A stretch of 64,000 bases of DNA from Candidatus Omnitrophota bacterium (GTDB lineage: Bacteria; Omnitrophota; Gorgyraeia; 2-01-FULL-45-10): positions 11,711 to 75,710 of the forward strand of contig JAQVUX010000002.1 of the NCBI GenBank assembly GCA_028699255.1, given 5' to 3'. The notes beneath the pieces were generated by a model. That model saw only the letters and a list, made by a program, of their open reading frames with translations, was not told where the DNA came from and ran no database searches. Positions 1 through 8,829 of the stretch are shown here, piece after piece. How positions within the stretch are numbered: position 1 is the stretch's first letter; every line of letters starts with the position of its first letter. Position numbers and translations under genes: made by a program.

Positions 1-264
1 AAGATAGAACTTTATACTAAGCTGGGCTATGATAAATTTCCTATTTGCATGGCAAAGACACATCTGTCTCTTTCCCATGATCCGGAATTAAAAGGCGCTC
101 CGGCAGGATTCACTATCCCGATCCGCGATATACGGGTGGCGGCAGGGGCCGGTTTTTTATATCCTCTATGCGGACAGATGCGCACAATGCCCGGACTGCC
201 TTCGGACCCGGCAGGCGCGCATATCGATTTAGATGAGAGCGGTAATGTGGTGGGATTATTCTAA
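1..264 (+). CDS. fhs: Formate--tetrahydrofolate ligase, C-terminal fragment (5' end lies outside the window)
   Basis: Frame-1 translation from nt 1 reads ...[67 protein letters not shown]...GLF*. This matches the conserved C-terminus of Fhs. Confidence 0.85.
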   Translation, partial: KIELYTKLGYDKFPICMAKTHLSLSHDPELKGAPAGFTIPIRDIRVAAGAGFLYPLCGQMRTMPGLPSDPAGAHIDLDESGNVVGLF

Positions 265-324
265 AAACGAAAAGTTTCTAATGTTAAGTAATAGTTAATA
301 AATATTTATTTTGTTAATTAGTAC

Positions 325-353
325 TTGACACAGAACATTTCTCGTTGTACAAT
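325..353 (+). promoter_or_regulatory. Sigma70-like promoter TTGACA-17-TACAAT upstream of the XRE-cupin regulator
   Basis: TTGACA at 325-330, 17-nt spacer, TACAAT at 348-353. GTTAAT repeats and the perfect 14-bp palindrome AATAAATATTTATT lie immediately upstream. Confidence 0.45.
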
Positions 354-375
354 GTTTAGCAAGAGGCGGGAAGAG

Positions 376-927
376 ATGAAGATCGTTGGTGTGAATATAA
401 AAAGATTGCGGGGCGACCAGGGGCTGACGTTAAGGGCCCTGGCAAATAAACTTGGGATCAGCGCCAGTTTTTTATCACAGGTTGAGAGCGGTAAAGCTTC
501 ACCGTCTTTAGCAACCTTAAAAAGCATTTCGGATGCTCTGTCGACGACTATCGGCAGTCTGATAGGCGAAGGGCAGAAACTGGAAAACGACCCCATAGTA
601 AGATCCGGCGAAAGAAAGCATGTCCAGGAAGTGGGGAAGGGGATAAACCTGTATCTCTTGACATCACGTGATCCGAATAAGCAGATGGAGCCGTTGTTAT
701 TTAAACTCCAGGAAGGCGCGACGTCAGGAGAAAGATCGTATAAGCATTTCGGGCAGGAATTTGTTTTGGTGCTAAAGGGATCGATAGAAGTTACTCTTAA
801 CGATATGGCATATATATTAAGGAAGGGCGATAGTATATATTTTAATTCAAATGTCCCGCATGCGTTTAAAAATATGGGGAAGGAAGAAGCGGAGGCAGTA
901 TGGGTTGTGACACCACCTACTTTCTAA
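376..927 (+). CDS. XRE-family HTH transcriptional regulator with C-terminal cupin domain
   Basis: N-terminal HTH_3 motif (LRALANKLGISASFLSQVESGK). C-terminal cupin-like beta-barrel region (GQEFVLVLKGSIEV...IYFNSNVPHAF). Start moved to ATG 376, which has a GGGAAGAG RBS, because the annotated 325 start overlaps the promoter. Confidence 0.8.
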   Translation: MKIVGVNIKRLRGDQGLTLRALANKLGISASFLSQVESGKASPSLATLKSISDALSTTIGSLIGEGQKLENDPIVRSGERKHVQEVGKGINLYLLTSRDPNKQMEPLLFKLQEGATSGERSYKHFGQEFVLVLKGSIEVTLNDMAYILRKGDSIYFNSNVPHAFKNMGKEEAEAVWVVTPPTF

Positions 928-1001
928 AAAGATTTTTTTGAACAAATTGTTAATCCAGAGTTAATATTGTTAACTATAAGATAACAAAGTGGAGGAGCAC
1001 C

Positions 1002-2219
1002 ATGAAAGAACTGCTAAAAGAAAAAGCAAAAGGCCTTAAAGCAAATCTGAACAAGTTTTACAAAAGCGTTGAAAATTTTAAACTGAATAGCGCAAATATC
1101 GGCGAATTCACCGATATCGTCGCGGCAGAAATGAAGGAATCGTCCTTTAATAAGATTACGAAGGATAAGGCCGGTAATCTGATAGGGGTTATAGAAGGAT
1201 ACGGTAATAAGGATGCTGTCGTCATGGTGTCGCATATTGATATGAGGACGGCGAATCAGCAAAAACTGGAAGGCTTAGACGCAAACGGCATGGAAGGATT
1301 TAAGTCCGGTATTGTTTCAAGCGTTTATGCCGGCGCTTTGATAAAGAGAACTCTTTTGCCGCTGACGGGTGATTTGATTATCTGTTGTGTGCCGAGAGTA
1401 GAATGTTGTGATTTTGGCATTCAATATCTGTTTGACGATTTTTTAAAGTCCAGGATTAAGAAGATTAAAGGTGTGATTCTCTGTGAGCCTACCGGTTTTA
1501 ATATTAATCTGGGACACAAGGGCAGGATGGAATATGAGATAGTAGTTAAAGGCCGCCTGAACAGAAATTTTCTGGAAAATCGCGGTATAAACATGCTCGG
1601 TACGATGTTTCCGTTGATAAATGAGCTGGAAAAAGTTTCGAAAGAATTACCGAGTGATTTTAACTTGGGCCGTTCAGGGCTCAGGATAAAAGATGTGCGT
1701 TACAGCGGATATCAGCCGCAGGATGCGGTCAGTGAATTTCGTATAGTTGTAGATAGGGTATTTATACCGGAAGAGAGCGAAAGTTTTATTTTAAACAAAG
1801 CTAAGACTATAGCTAAGACTGTATATAAGCAGGAGCCGGATATCACGATCAATACTCTTATGGCAAAAGAGAGGGTGAAAACATATACCGGGCTTGAATC
1901 GGTATCCGAGAAAGAGTTTAAGCCGTGGTCTATGGAAAGCCATCAACCATTCGCCATGGAATCACTTAACACATTGACCGAAAACGGGTTTAAGTCCGAT
2001 TTCGGCTACTGGAAGAAGATAGTTACGGAAGGCTCGTATACTTATGGACAGCTTAAAATCCCTACTATAGGGTTTGGGGCGGGGTCGGAAGATGCTGTGT
2101 CTTCGGGGCCGAATTCATTAACTGCCGACAAGACCGAGAAGGCGGGGTGTGGCCAGGCGTTAATTGTTCTAAGAAGCATAGGTATGCCGACATTCGGATG
2201 GAGCTCGGATGAAATCTAA
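1002..2219 (+). CDS. M20/ArgE/DapE-family metallopeptidase-like protein, divergent and possibly non-catalytic
   Basis: M20-like blocks VVMVSHIDMRT (the HxD block) and ILCEPTGF (the GEP block). The canonical EE block is replaced by a Cys-rich segment, CCVPRVECCDFG. The C-terminal His region reads GPNSLTADK. GGAGG RBS. Confidence 0.55.
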   Translation: MKELLKEKAKGLKANLNKFYKSVENFKLNSANIGEFTDIVAAEMKESSFNKITKDKAGNLIGVIEGYGNKDAVVMVSHIDMRTANQQKLEGLDANGMEGFKSGIVSSVYAGALIKRTLLPLTGDLIICCVPRVECCDFGIQYLFDDFLKSRIKKIKGVILCEPTGFNINLGHKGRMEYEIVVKGRLNRNFLENRGINMLGTMFPLINELEKVSKELPSDFNLGRSGLRIKDVRYSGYQPQDAVSEFRIVVDRVFIPEESESFILNKAKTIAKTVYKQEPDITINTLMAKERVKTYTGLESVSEKEFKPWSMESHQPFAMESLNTLTENGFKSDFGYWKKIVTEGSYTYGQLKIPTIGFGAGSEDAVSSGPNSLTADKTEKAGCGQALIVLRSIGMPTFGWSSDEI

Positions 2220-3441
2220 GAAACAGGTTAATATCCTTGTGCTTAATTGCGGGAGCTCGTCCCTGAAGTATAAAATAATAAGAATGCCGGATGGGGCCGA
2301 GATCGTACGCGGGGAAGCCGAAAGAGTAGGCGCTAAAACTCGAGAGTCTTCTATTATTACGCATTTTGTTTTTGGTAAAAAAACAGTGATTGAAACGCCG
2401 CTTGCGGATCATTCCGCGGCTCTTAAAAAAGTGCTTGAGTTGATAGCCGATAACGAAAAAAAGAACAAAGATATAAGGTTTGATATTTTTGCGCACAGGT
2501 ATGTTCACCCGGGTATGTCATTTAGTAAGACCGCGAAGGTTAACAAGGTTGTTTTGAGAAAATTGAAAGAGACATTGCCGCTTGCGGCTATCCATAATCC
2601 GATAATCTACAAATTAATAGAATTTTGTCACCGTTCATACGTCGGTATAGACCAGTTTGTAGTATTCGATACCGTTTTTCATAAGACGATCCCGCCGGAA
2701 TTTTCTACCTACGCGCTTCCTTTAAAAGTTATGAAGAAATATCATATAAAAAAAATAGGTTTTCATGGCATATCCCACAAATACGTTATGGAGGAAGCGT
2801 GTAAATTTTTAGGTAAAGATAAATCTTTTCAGAAAATAATAAGCTGTCATTTAGGCTCGGGCGGCTCGAGTATTTGCGCGATTAGCAATGGAAAATCTGT
2901 TAATAATTCCATGGGATTTACTCCGCTCGAAGGCTTGATGATGAATACCCGTTGCGGGGATATCGATCCCGGGGCGGTTTTTTACATAATGTTCAAAGAA
3001 CGTTTTTCTTCGGAAGAAACCGAAAATATCCTTAATAATAAAAGCGGCATCTTGGGTGTATTCAATAGCTCATCCGATCTTAGGGATGCTATTAAGGATA
3101 TCGACAAAAGTAAACAGGCCAAAATGGCATTCAATATGTATGTACGCCGGGTAAGGACGTATGTGGCATTTTACGCCATGATCCTGAAGAAAGCGGATAT
3201 TTTGATATTCACAGATTCGCTTGGCATAGGATCTCCGGTATTGCGTAAAAGTATTTGTAAGGATATGGGGTTTTTAGGGATTAACCTTGACGAAGAAAAG
3301 AACAAAGAATACGATAAAGGCATAAGTGTTATTTCGCCTGCCGATTCCGGCACAAAAGTTCTTATAATTCCCACAGACGAAGAAAATATGATCGCAAAAG
3401 AAGCATACAAGGAGCTGATAAAAAATGATTCCGGTTATTGA
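2209..3441 (+). CDS. ackA: Acetate/propionate (acyl) kinase family protein
   Basis: ILVLNCGSSSLKYKI phosphate-1 motif, GFHGISHKY, TRCGDIDPGAV and IPTDEENMIA motifs match the ASKHA acetate-kinase catalytic signature. Confidence 0.8.
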   Translation: MKSKKQVNILVLNCGSSSLKYKIIRMPDGAEIVRGEAERVGAKTRESSIITHFVFGKKTVIETPLADHSAALKKVLELIADNEKKNKDIRFDIFAHRYVHPGMSFSKTAKVNKVVLRKLKETLPLAAIHNPIIYKLIEFCHRSYVGIDQFVVFDTVFHKTIPPEFSTYALPLKVMKKYHIKKIGFHGISHKYVMEEACKFLGKDKSFQKIISCHLGSGGSSICAISNGKSVNNSMGFTPLEGLMMNTRCGDIDPGAVFYIMFKERFSSEETENILNNKSGILGVFNSSSDLRDAIKDIDKSKQAKMAFNMYVRRVRTYVAFYAMILKKADILIFTDSLGIGSPVLRKSICKDMGFLGINLDEEKNKEYDKGISVISPADSGTKVLIIPTDEENMIAKEAYKELIKNDSGY

Positions 3442-4489
3442 CTATAACCTGAAAGATTTACGGATCTGGACGCCATCTCTTTTTATCAAAAACATTGAAG
3501 AAATGCAAGACGATGATGCCCTCAGAAAATGCATACTCTCCATTGCCGGTAAAAATAAAGTAAGGGCGATTGCTTTCAGGATACTCTTCGGAGGCGATTA
3601 TTTCAACAAACCCCAGATTATCAATTCGAATTTTTTCCCCCAGTTCGGAAAATTGACAATTTTCTTCCCATTTTATATTCCGTCGACGCTGGACATGTTG
3701 CAGAGATTTCGCGGCGCGTTCAGGGATATCCCATTAATAGTTTTCTTCGAGACTTCATTTTTTCTGAATTTACCGGATGAGGAAAAATATTACGCCCTGC
3801 CATTCGAATACAACAAAAACAGCAAGATAAAGAAATTTGGATTTCACGGGATATTCCACGAAGCGAATGCCGGCATGGTGCCCTCGGGGAGCAGGACGAT
3901 TTCTCTGGTATTTGATAAGCAGACAACCGTATGCGCCATTTATAACAAGCGGCCGCTTTCCATAAGCCTGGGTTATACTCCTCTCGAAGGCATAATGTCA
4001 GGCAGGGCTTGCGGGGATCTGGATCCCGGGATAGTTTTTTATCTTATGAATGTTCATAATTTCTCGATCTACGAGATCGATGAAATGCTAAAGAACAAAA
4101 GCGGTTTTAAAGGCCTTACAGGCTATGATATTGAGTTAAAAGATATGATCAAAATGCGCGGGAAGGATGCCAAAATTGATCTGGCATTCAACGTATATGA
4201 ATCTCAGATAATGAAATATATCGGAGAGGGCGTAGCGGCCATGGGCGGGGTGGATAATATTATTATTGCGGGAAGTAATATAAATATAGTTACCCCTATA
4301 ATCTATACGCTTATAAAAAAGATATCGTTTTTAGGTATCAATATCATACGATTGCCGTGGGATAAGGATAAGGAGATAAGTAATATTACGTCTGAAGAGT
4401 CAAAGATAAAAGTTTATATTAACAGGAAAAGCCTGCCCGCTATAATATTGCGTGAGAGCGAAGTTTTTATGCGAAATAAAAATTATTGA
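3425..4489 (+). CDS. Acetate-kinase-like paralogue lacking the N-terminal ATP motif and the C-terminal catalytic Glu region (putative pseudo-kinase)
   Basis: Retains FGFHGIFHEAN and GRACGDLDPGIVFY blocks. Has no NCGSSS-type N-terminus and no TDE block. AGGAG RBS. Overlaps the upstream kinase stop. Confidence 0.65.
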   Translation: MIPVIDYNLKDLRIWTPSLFIKNIEEMQDDDALRKCILSIAGKNKVRAIAFRILFGGDYFNKPQIINSNFFPQFGKLTIFFPFYIPSTLDMLQRFRGAFRDIPLIVFFETSFFLNLPDEEKYYALPFEYNKNSKIKKFGFHGIFHEANAGMVPSGSRTISLVFDKQTTVCAIYNKRPLSISLGYTPLEGIMSGRACGDLDPGIVFYLMNVHNFSIYEIDEMLKNKSGFKGLTGYDIELKDMIKMRGKDAKIDLAFNVYESQIMKYIGEGVAAMGGVDNIIIAGSNINIVTPIIYTLIKKISFLGINIIRLPWDKDKEISNITSEESKIKVYINRKSLPAIILRESEVFMRNKNY

Positions 4490-4632
4490 CAATCCTTCAA
4501 AGACGTTATAGACTAAACAAAGTAGTTAGATATTTTTTAATATGGGCGATGAGGTCCTCTTTGCAAACATAGTTGTTTGAAGGAGGATTTTTTATTTCAG
4601 CCTATAATAAAAAATGTGACTGAAGGTATCAA

Positions 4633-5862
4633 ATGGCAAATATAAAAGATAAAAGATCTAATATTACTCTTTCTCAGGAAATTAAGATCCTGAGAAGAAT
4701 CGTTGAGATCACGAATTCCGAGCTTGACCTAAAATTAATTCTTGGAGAGATCGTTAATGTTGTTAACGATATAACCAAAGCGGATTCTGTTTTTATCTAT
4801 CTATTTGATGAGAAAAAGCGGCATCTGGTTCTTATCGCTTCAAAAACTCCGCATAAAAAAGAGATAGGTAGCGTGAATCTTAAAATAGGAGAAGGCATTG
4901 CGGGCTGGGTCGCTCGCGAGAATAAGCCTGTCGCCATACAAAAAAATGCTTATCAGGATTCACGGTTTAAAAATTTTGACGCACTGCCGGAGGATAAATA
5001 TGAGGCGCTTCTTTCTGTTCCTATCATTTATAAAGGAAGGCCTACGGGAGTTATTAATGTCCAACATAAAAAGCCGCACGAATATGCCGTAAATACTGTT
5101 AGCTTAATCTCGATCATAGCTAAACAGGTAGGCGGTGTTATTGAAAATGCCAGATTACATGAAGAGGATAAGAGAAAGGCCCTGCAATTCGACAGCTTAA
5201 CCAAGGTAAGCAGGTCTATTACTTCACAAGGGTATTTAGGCGAGATCTTGAACCTTATCGTTGTTGTTACGGCTAAAATGCTTAATTCTAAAATCTGTTC
5301 TATCATGCTTCTTGATCAAAAAGGTGATGAGCTGGCTATTAAAGCTACCCAGAGCTTGAGCGAAGAGTATAAAAAGAAGCCAAATATAAAAGTGAATACC
5401 AGTATAAGTGGAGAGACTATAACAACCAAAAAACCCATTGTAATCTATGATGTCCGGAGTGAGAAAAAATACCATTTTAGGGATTTAGCGGTTAAAGAAA
5501 ATCTTACATCGATGCTGTCGGTACCTATGGTCGTAAGAGATAAAGCGATAGGCATTATTAATGTTTATACAATAGAGCGACACTTATTCACGCAAGAGGA
5601 AATCGATATATTGCAAATGGTGGCGAATCAGGCGGCTGTGGCGGTTGAAAATACAAAACTGATGGAAGATGCGTTAAAAGCCAAAGAAGCGTTGGAAGTG
5701 CGAAAGATGGTGGAGCGGGCAAAAGGTATACTGATGAGACAGTCGAAGATAAGCGAAGATGAGGCATACAGGATAATCCATCGTAAGAGTATGGATACAT
5801 GCAAGCCGATGCGTGAGATTGCCGAGGCGATTATTTTGGCTTGGGATATGAAAAAGCAGTAG
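4633..5862 (+). CDS. GAF-GAF-ANTAR RNA-binding antitermination-type regulator
   Basis: Two GAF-like segments (IGEGIAGWVAREN..., VPMVVRDKAIGIINVY). C-terminal ANTAR signature: EVRKMVERAKGILMRQSKISEDEAYRIIHRKSMDTCKPMREIAEAII. Confidence 0.8.
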   Translation: MANIKDKRSNITLSQEIKILRRIVEITNSELDLKLILGEIVNVVNDITKADSVFIYLFDEKKRHLVLIASKTPHKKEIGSVNLKIGEGIAGWVARENKPVAIQKNAYQDSRFKNFDALPEDKYEALLSVPIIYKGRPTGVINVQHKKPHEYAVNTVSLISIIAKQVGGVIENARLHEEDKRKALQFDSLTKVSRSITSQGYLGEILNLIVVVTAKMLNSKICSIMLLDQKGDELAIKATQSLSEEYKKKPNIKVNTSISGETITTKKPIVIYDVRSEKKYHFRDLAVKENLTSMLSVPMVVRDKAIGIINVYTIERHLFTQEEIDILQMVANQAAVAVENTKLMEDALKAKEALEVRKMVERAKGILMRQSKISEDEAYRIIHRKSMDTCKPMREIAEAIILAWDMKKQ

Positions 5863-5977
5863 AGGTAAAAATAAATTTAAAAGGAGGTTACCAAAAAGGT
5901 CCATTTTTTACTTGTAGCAGTGTAGTTTAAGATATTATGGCGCATTGATGCGTTGGTAGCAATATAGGTGGGGCACA

Positions 5978-6011
5978 GACGTTCCTAAAAAAGGAACGTC
6001 TTTTTTATTTT
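5978..6011 (+). terminator. Rho-independent terminator after the ANTAR regulator gene
   Basis: GACGTTCC-taaaaaa-GGAACGTC 8-bp stem followed by TTTTTTATTTT. Confidence 0.7.
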
Positions 6012-6020
6012 CGTAGTTTT

Positions 6021-6059
6021 GAGCACAAAGAAGTGCTCAGTAGAGGGCATGGTCGCCCT
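6021..6059 (+). promoter_or_regulatory. Candidate ANTAR RNA target: two tandem hairpins with hexaloops (A at position 1, G at position 4)
   Basis: Hairpin 1 is GAGCAC-AAAGAA-GTGCUC (6021-6038). Hairpin 2 is AGGGC-AUGGUC-GCCCU (6044-6059). They are separated by a 5-nt linker. A weak hairpin (ACGGGgcgcCUCGU) with a UUUUA tract follows at ~6089-6109, just before the RBS of the 6126 gene. Confidence 0.4.
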
Positions 6060-6125
6060 GTTTGCCGCCGCGGTGGCAAAAGACGGGGCGCCTCGTTTTA
6101 TCGGATATGACAAAAAGGAGCGTAT

Positions 6126-7439
6126 ATGAATAGATTAAAAAGTTTTGCAATTATCAGCTTGTTGATGGCCGGTATGATTGCCGGCTCTGTCTGTGTGTAT
6201 GCCGACGAGACGGGCAGTATAAAGGAAATAGTATCAGCAGAATCGTCCTCATCTGTGTCTACGCCGGAGGTCGTGTCTGCGCCGGACCAGGGACTCCTGA
6301 TGACTATCCTGGATAAGGTAGGGTTAGGGAAGTACTTAAATCAGACGGGCATTAAAATCTATGGTTACGCCGAAGCCGGATATATGTACGATACGACGGC
6401 TCCGCAACCTTACGCCGGGCCGACATATTTGGCTTTTGACAGTTTAAGAAATACGCCGGTTGTAAATAAGATATCATTAAAAGCGGAAAGAACAGTTGAC
6501 GCCGCTAAAAAACAATTTGACATAGGGTTTTGTTTGCAAGGTATATGGGGCTATGATGCGAAATTTATTCATTCGGCAGGTCTTGGCGATACCCAGACAG
6601 GCCGGTATCAGCTTGACCCGCTTCAGGCTTATGTGGATGTAGCGCTTCCTTATATTCCCGTGAAAATTCGCGTAGGAAAATGGTTAGAGCTCGGAGGATT
6701 TGAACAGTTTGATGCTAATCTCTATGGGGCGTTTGGCGATCCGATGCGGGCCTTCTACTCTTATAGTTATCAGTGTTTTTACGCGGAGCCTGGCACTCAA
6801 ACAGGCCTTCTCGGCACATATGTAGTAAACCCTCATCTGACCTTAGATTTAGGATTTTCAGAAGGCTGGAACCACTCTTCGCGTAATCCTAACGGTTATC
6901 TGGATATAATAGGAAGAATTACCTACGCGCCAACGGATAAGACGACAATAATATTTGCGATGACAGAAGGCCCGGAATATCCTGTCGCAGTAGGGCGAGG
7001 ATTGCCTGATGCGGATACTAAGGACTGGTGGACCTCCATGGATCTCGTGATAACTCACAAGCTTACCGATAAGATTAGCTTAGGTACAGGCGTGGATTTT
7101 GTAAACGCTCCGCGTATACCGGGATTAGAAAACGGTTCCAAGCAATGGGGGGGTATAACCGGATATTTGAGTTATGCAATCAATCAATATGCAACAGCGA
7201 ATGGGCGTTTAGAATGGTTTAATGACTCGTCATACGGATTTGCCACCGGCGCCGGAATAGGCGCAAATTATTATGAGACTACCTTGGGAGCCGCTATAAA
7301 ACCGTTCCCTAAAGATAAGATTCTGTCGAATATGTTATTCAGGCCGGAAGTAAGAATAGACTGGGCCGATGAGGCGGTTTTCGCCAAAGGCGATAGAAGC
7401 CAGGTAACATTAGCAGGAGACGTTCTATTCACTTTCTAG
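6126..7439 (+). CDS. Putative outer-membrane beta-barrel/porin, first gene of the amt-glnK-glnA operon
   Basis: Signal peptide (MNRLKSFAIISLLMAGMIAGSVCVYA). Abundant alternating aromatic/Gly beta-strand pattern. C-terminal ...LFTF aromatic terminus typical of OMPs. Confidence 0.6.
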   Translation: MNRLKSFAIISLLMAGMIAGSVCVYADETGSIKEIVSAESSSSVSTPEVVSAPDQGLLMTILDKVGLGKYLNQTGIKIYGYAEAGYMYDTTAPQPYAGPTYLAFDSLRNTPVVNKISLKAERTVDAAKKQFDIGFCLQGIWGYDAKFIHSAGLGDTQTGRYQLDPLQAYVDVALPYIPVKIRVGKWLELGGFEQFDANLYGAFGDPMRAFYSYSYQCFYAEPGTQTGLLGTYVVNPHLTLDLGFSEGWNHSSRNPNGYLDIIGRITYAPTDKTTIIFAMTEGPEYPVAVGRGLPDADTKDWWTSMDLVITHKLTDKISLGTGVDFVNAPRIPGLENGSKQWGGITGYLSYAINQYATANGRLEWFNDSSYGFATGAGIGANYYETTLGAAIKPFPKDKILSNMLFRPEVRIDWADEAVFAKGDRSQVTLAGDVLFTF

Positions 7440-7475
7440 AATAGAAAATTCTAAGTATGGGAAAGGAGTTTGTGT

Positions 7476-8807
7476 ATGGATACAAAAGTTGTTCTTGATA
7501 CGCTGTGGGTTTTAGTTACGGGAATGCTCGTGTTTTTTATGAATCTTGGATTTGCGATGGTGGAGGCGGGTTTTGCCAGGGTGAAGAATTGCGTGAATAT
7601 CTTATCAAAGAACTTTATAGTCTTCGCCATAGCCTCGATCGGATTCCTTGCCGTAGGGTATGGGCTTATGTTTGGCGATGGTAACCCGTTTATAGGTCTG
7701 AAGGGACTGTTTTTCTTAGGAGGATTGGACAATTCGCCAGCAACAGGCGAGGCTTATAAAGGAGTATATACCGCGTTAGCTTGGACAGGGGTTCCGTTAT
7801 TGGCAAAATTCTTTTTCCAACTTGTTTTTGCCGGAACGGCCGCTACGATAGTATCCGGCGCCGTAGCTGAAAGAATAAAGTACATTTCCTTTATAGTGTT
7901 TTCGTTTATTCTGGTTATGCTTATATACCCGATAGTAGGACATTGGATATGGGGCGGCGGATTTTTGGCAACAATGGGAATGTTCGATTTTGCCGGTTCT
8001 ACAGTAGTTCACTCAGTTGGCGGATGGGCCGCTTTAGCAGGAGTCCTGGTCTTAGGCCCCAGATTTGGAAAATATACGGATAGTGGCAAGATAAATCCGA
8101 TACCAGGGCACAATATACCTATAGCAACTATCGGAACGTTTGTGTTGTGGCTTGGCTGGTTCGGCTTTAATCCCGGCTCCACTATGGCCGCCGACCCTGT
8201 TGCAATAGCCCACATATGCATTACTACTAATACGGCGGCCGCGGCGGCAATATTGAGCGCGACGCTCTTGTCGTGGATATTATCAGGTAAACCGGATCTT
8301 GGTATGACACTTAATGGTTGCCTGGCAGGACTTGTGGCGATAACAGCCTCATGCGCTTTTGTAAGTATCGGAAGTTCCGTGATAATAGGCCTGATAGCCG
8401 GTGTTTTAGTAGTCCTTGCGGTTATGGGTTTTGACAGAATTAAATTAGACGATCCCGTGGGCGCTTTATCGGTCCACCTGGTAAACGGTGTTTTCGGTAC
8501 CATATGCGTAGGATTGTTCGCGCAGGATAAGCTTACAGGTACGGCCACAGGGAACGGGTTGTTCTTTGGCGGCGGAACCAAACTGCTTATGGCGCAATTG
8601 GCAGGCGTCCTGGCATGCGGAGCGTTTGTTTTCATAGCGTCTTTTATCACTTGGAAGCTTATAAAAGTTACGATCGGCCTTAGGGTGAGTTTGCAAGAAG
8701 AGATAGATGGGCTGGATATAGGTGAACATGGTAATTCCGCTTATCCGGAATTTTTGACCCGAAAACCGGCATATTCATTTTCGGGCTTGAATGAAGATAA
8801 GTCCTAA
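7476..8807 (+). CDS. amt: Ammonium transporter (Amt/MEP family)
   Basis: Multi-TM protein with Amt blocks (FFQLVFAGTAATIVSGAVAERIKY, HSVGGWAALAGVLVLGPR, HLVNGVFGT). Start set to ATG 7476, which lies 7 nt after an AAAGGAG RBS. The annotated 7470 is TTG. Confidence 0.9.
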   Translation: MDTKVVLDTLWVLVTGMLVFFMNLGFAMVEAGFARVKNCVNILSKNFIVFAIASIGFLAVGYGLMFGDGNPFIGLKGLFFLGGLDNSPATGEAYKGVYTALAWTGVPLLAKFFFQLVFAGTAATIVSGAVAERIKYISFIVFSFILVMLIYPIVGHWIWGGGFLATMGMFDFAGSTVVHSVGGWAALAGVLVLGPRFGKYTDSGKINPIPGHNIPIATIGTFVLWLGWFGFNPGSTMAADPVAIAHICITTNTAAAAAILSATLLSWILSGKPDLGMTLNGCLAGLVAITASCAFVSIGSSVIIGLIAGVLVVLAVMGFDRIKLDDPVGALSVHLVNGVFGTICVGLFAQDKLTGTATGNGLFFGGGTKLLMAQLAGVLACGAFVFIASFITWKLIKVTIGLRVSLQEEIDGLDIGEHGNSAYPEFLTRKPAYSFSGLNEDKS

Positions 8808-8829
8808 ATAAAATCGGAGGGCACACAAA

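Noticed and set aside
325-375. Annotated start of the XRE regulator ORF at 325
   Set aside because: Position 325-353 is a near-consensus sigma70 promoter (TTGACA-17-TACAAT). The first in-frame ATG with an RBS is 376.
8009-8650. 213-aa minus-strand ORF inside the amt gene (also 8466-8729 and 8680-8937)
   Set aside because: Antisense to a strongly supported Amt coding region. Low-complexity Pro/Ala-rich translation, no RBS, no domain.
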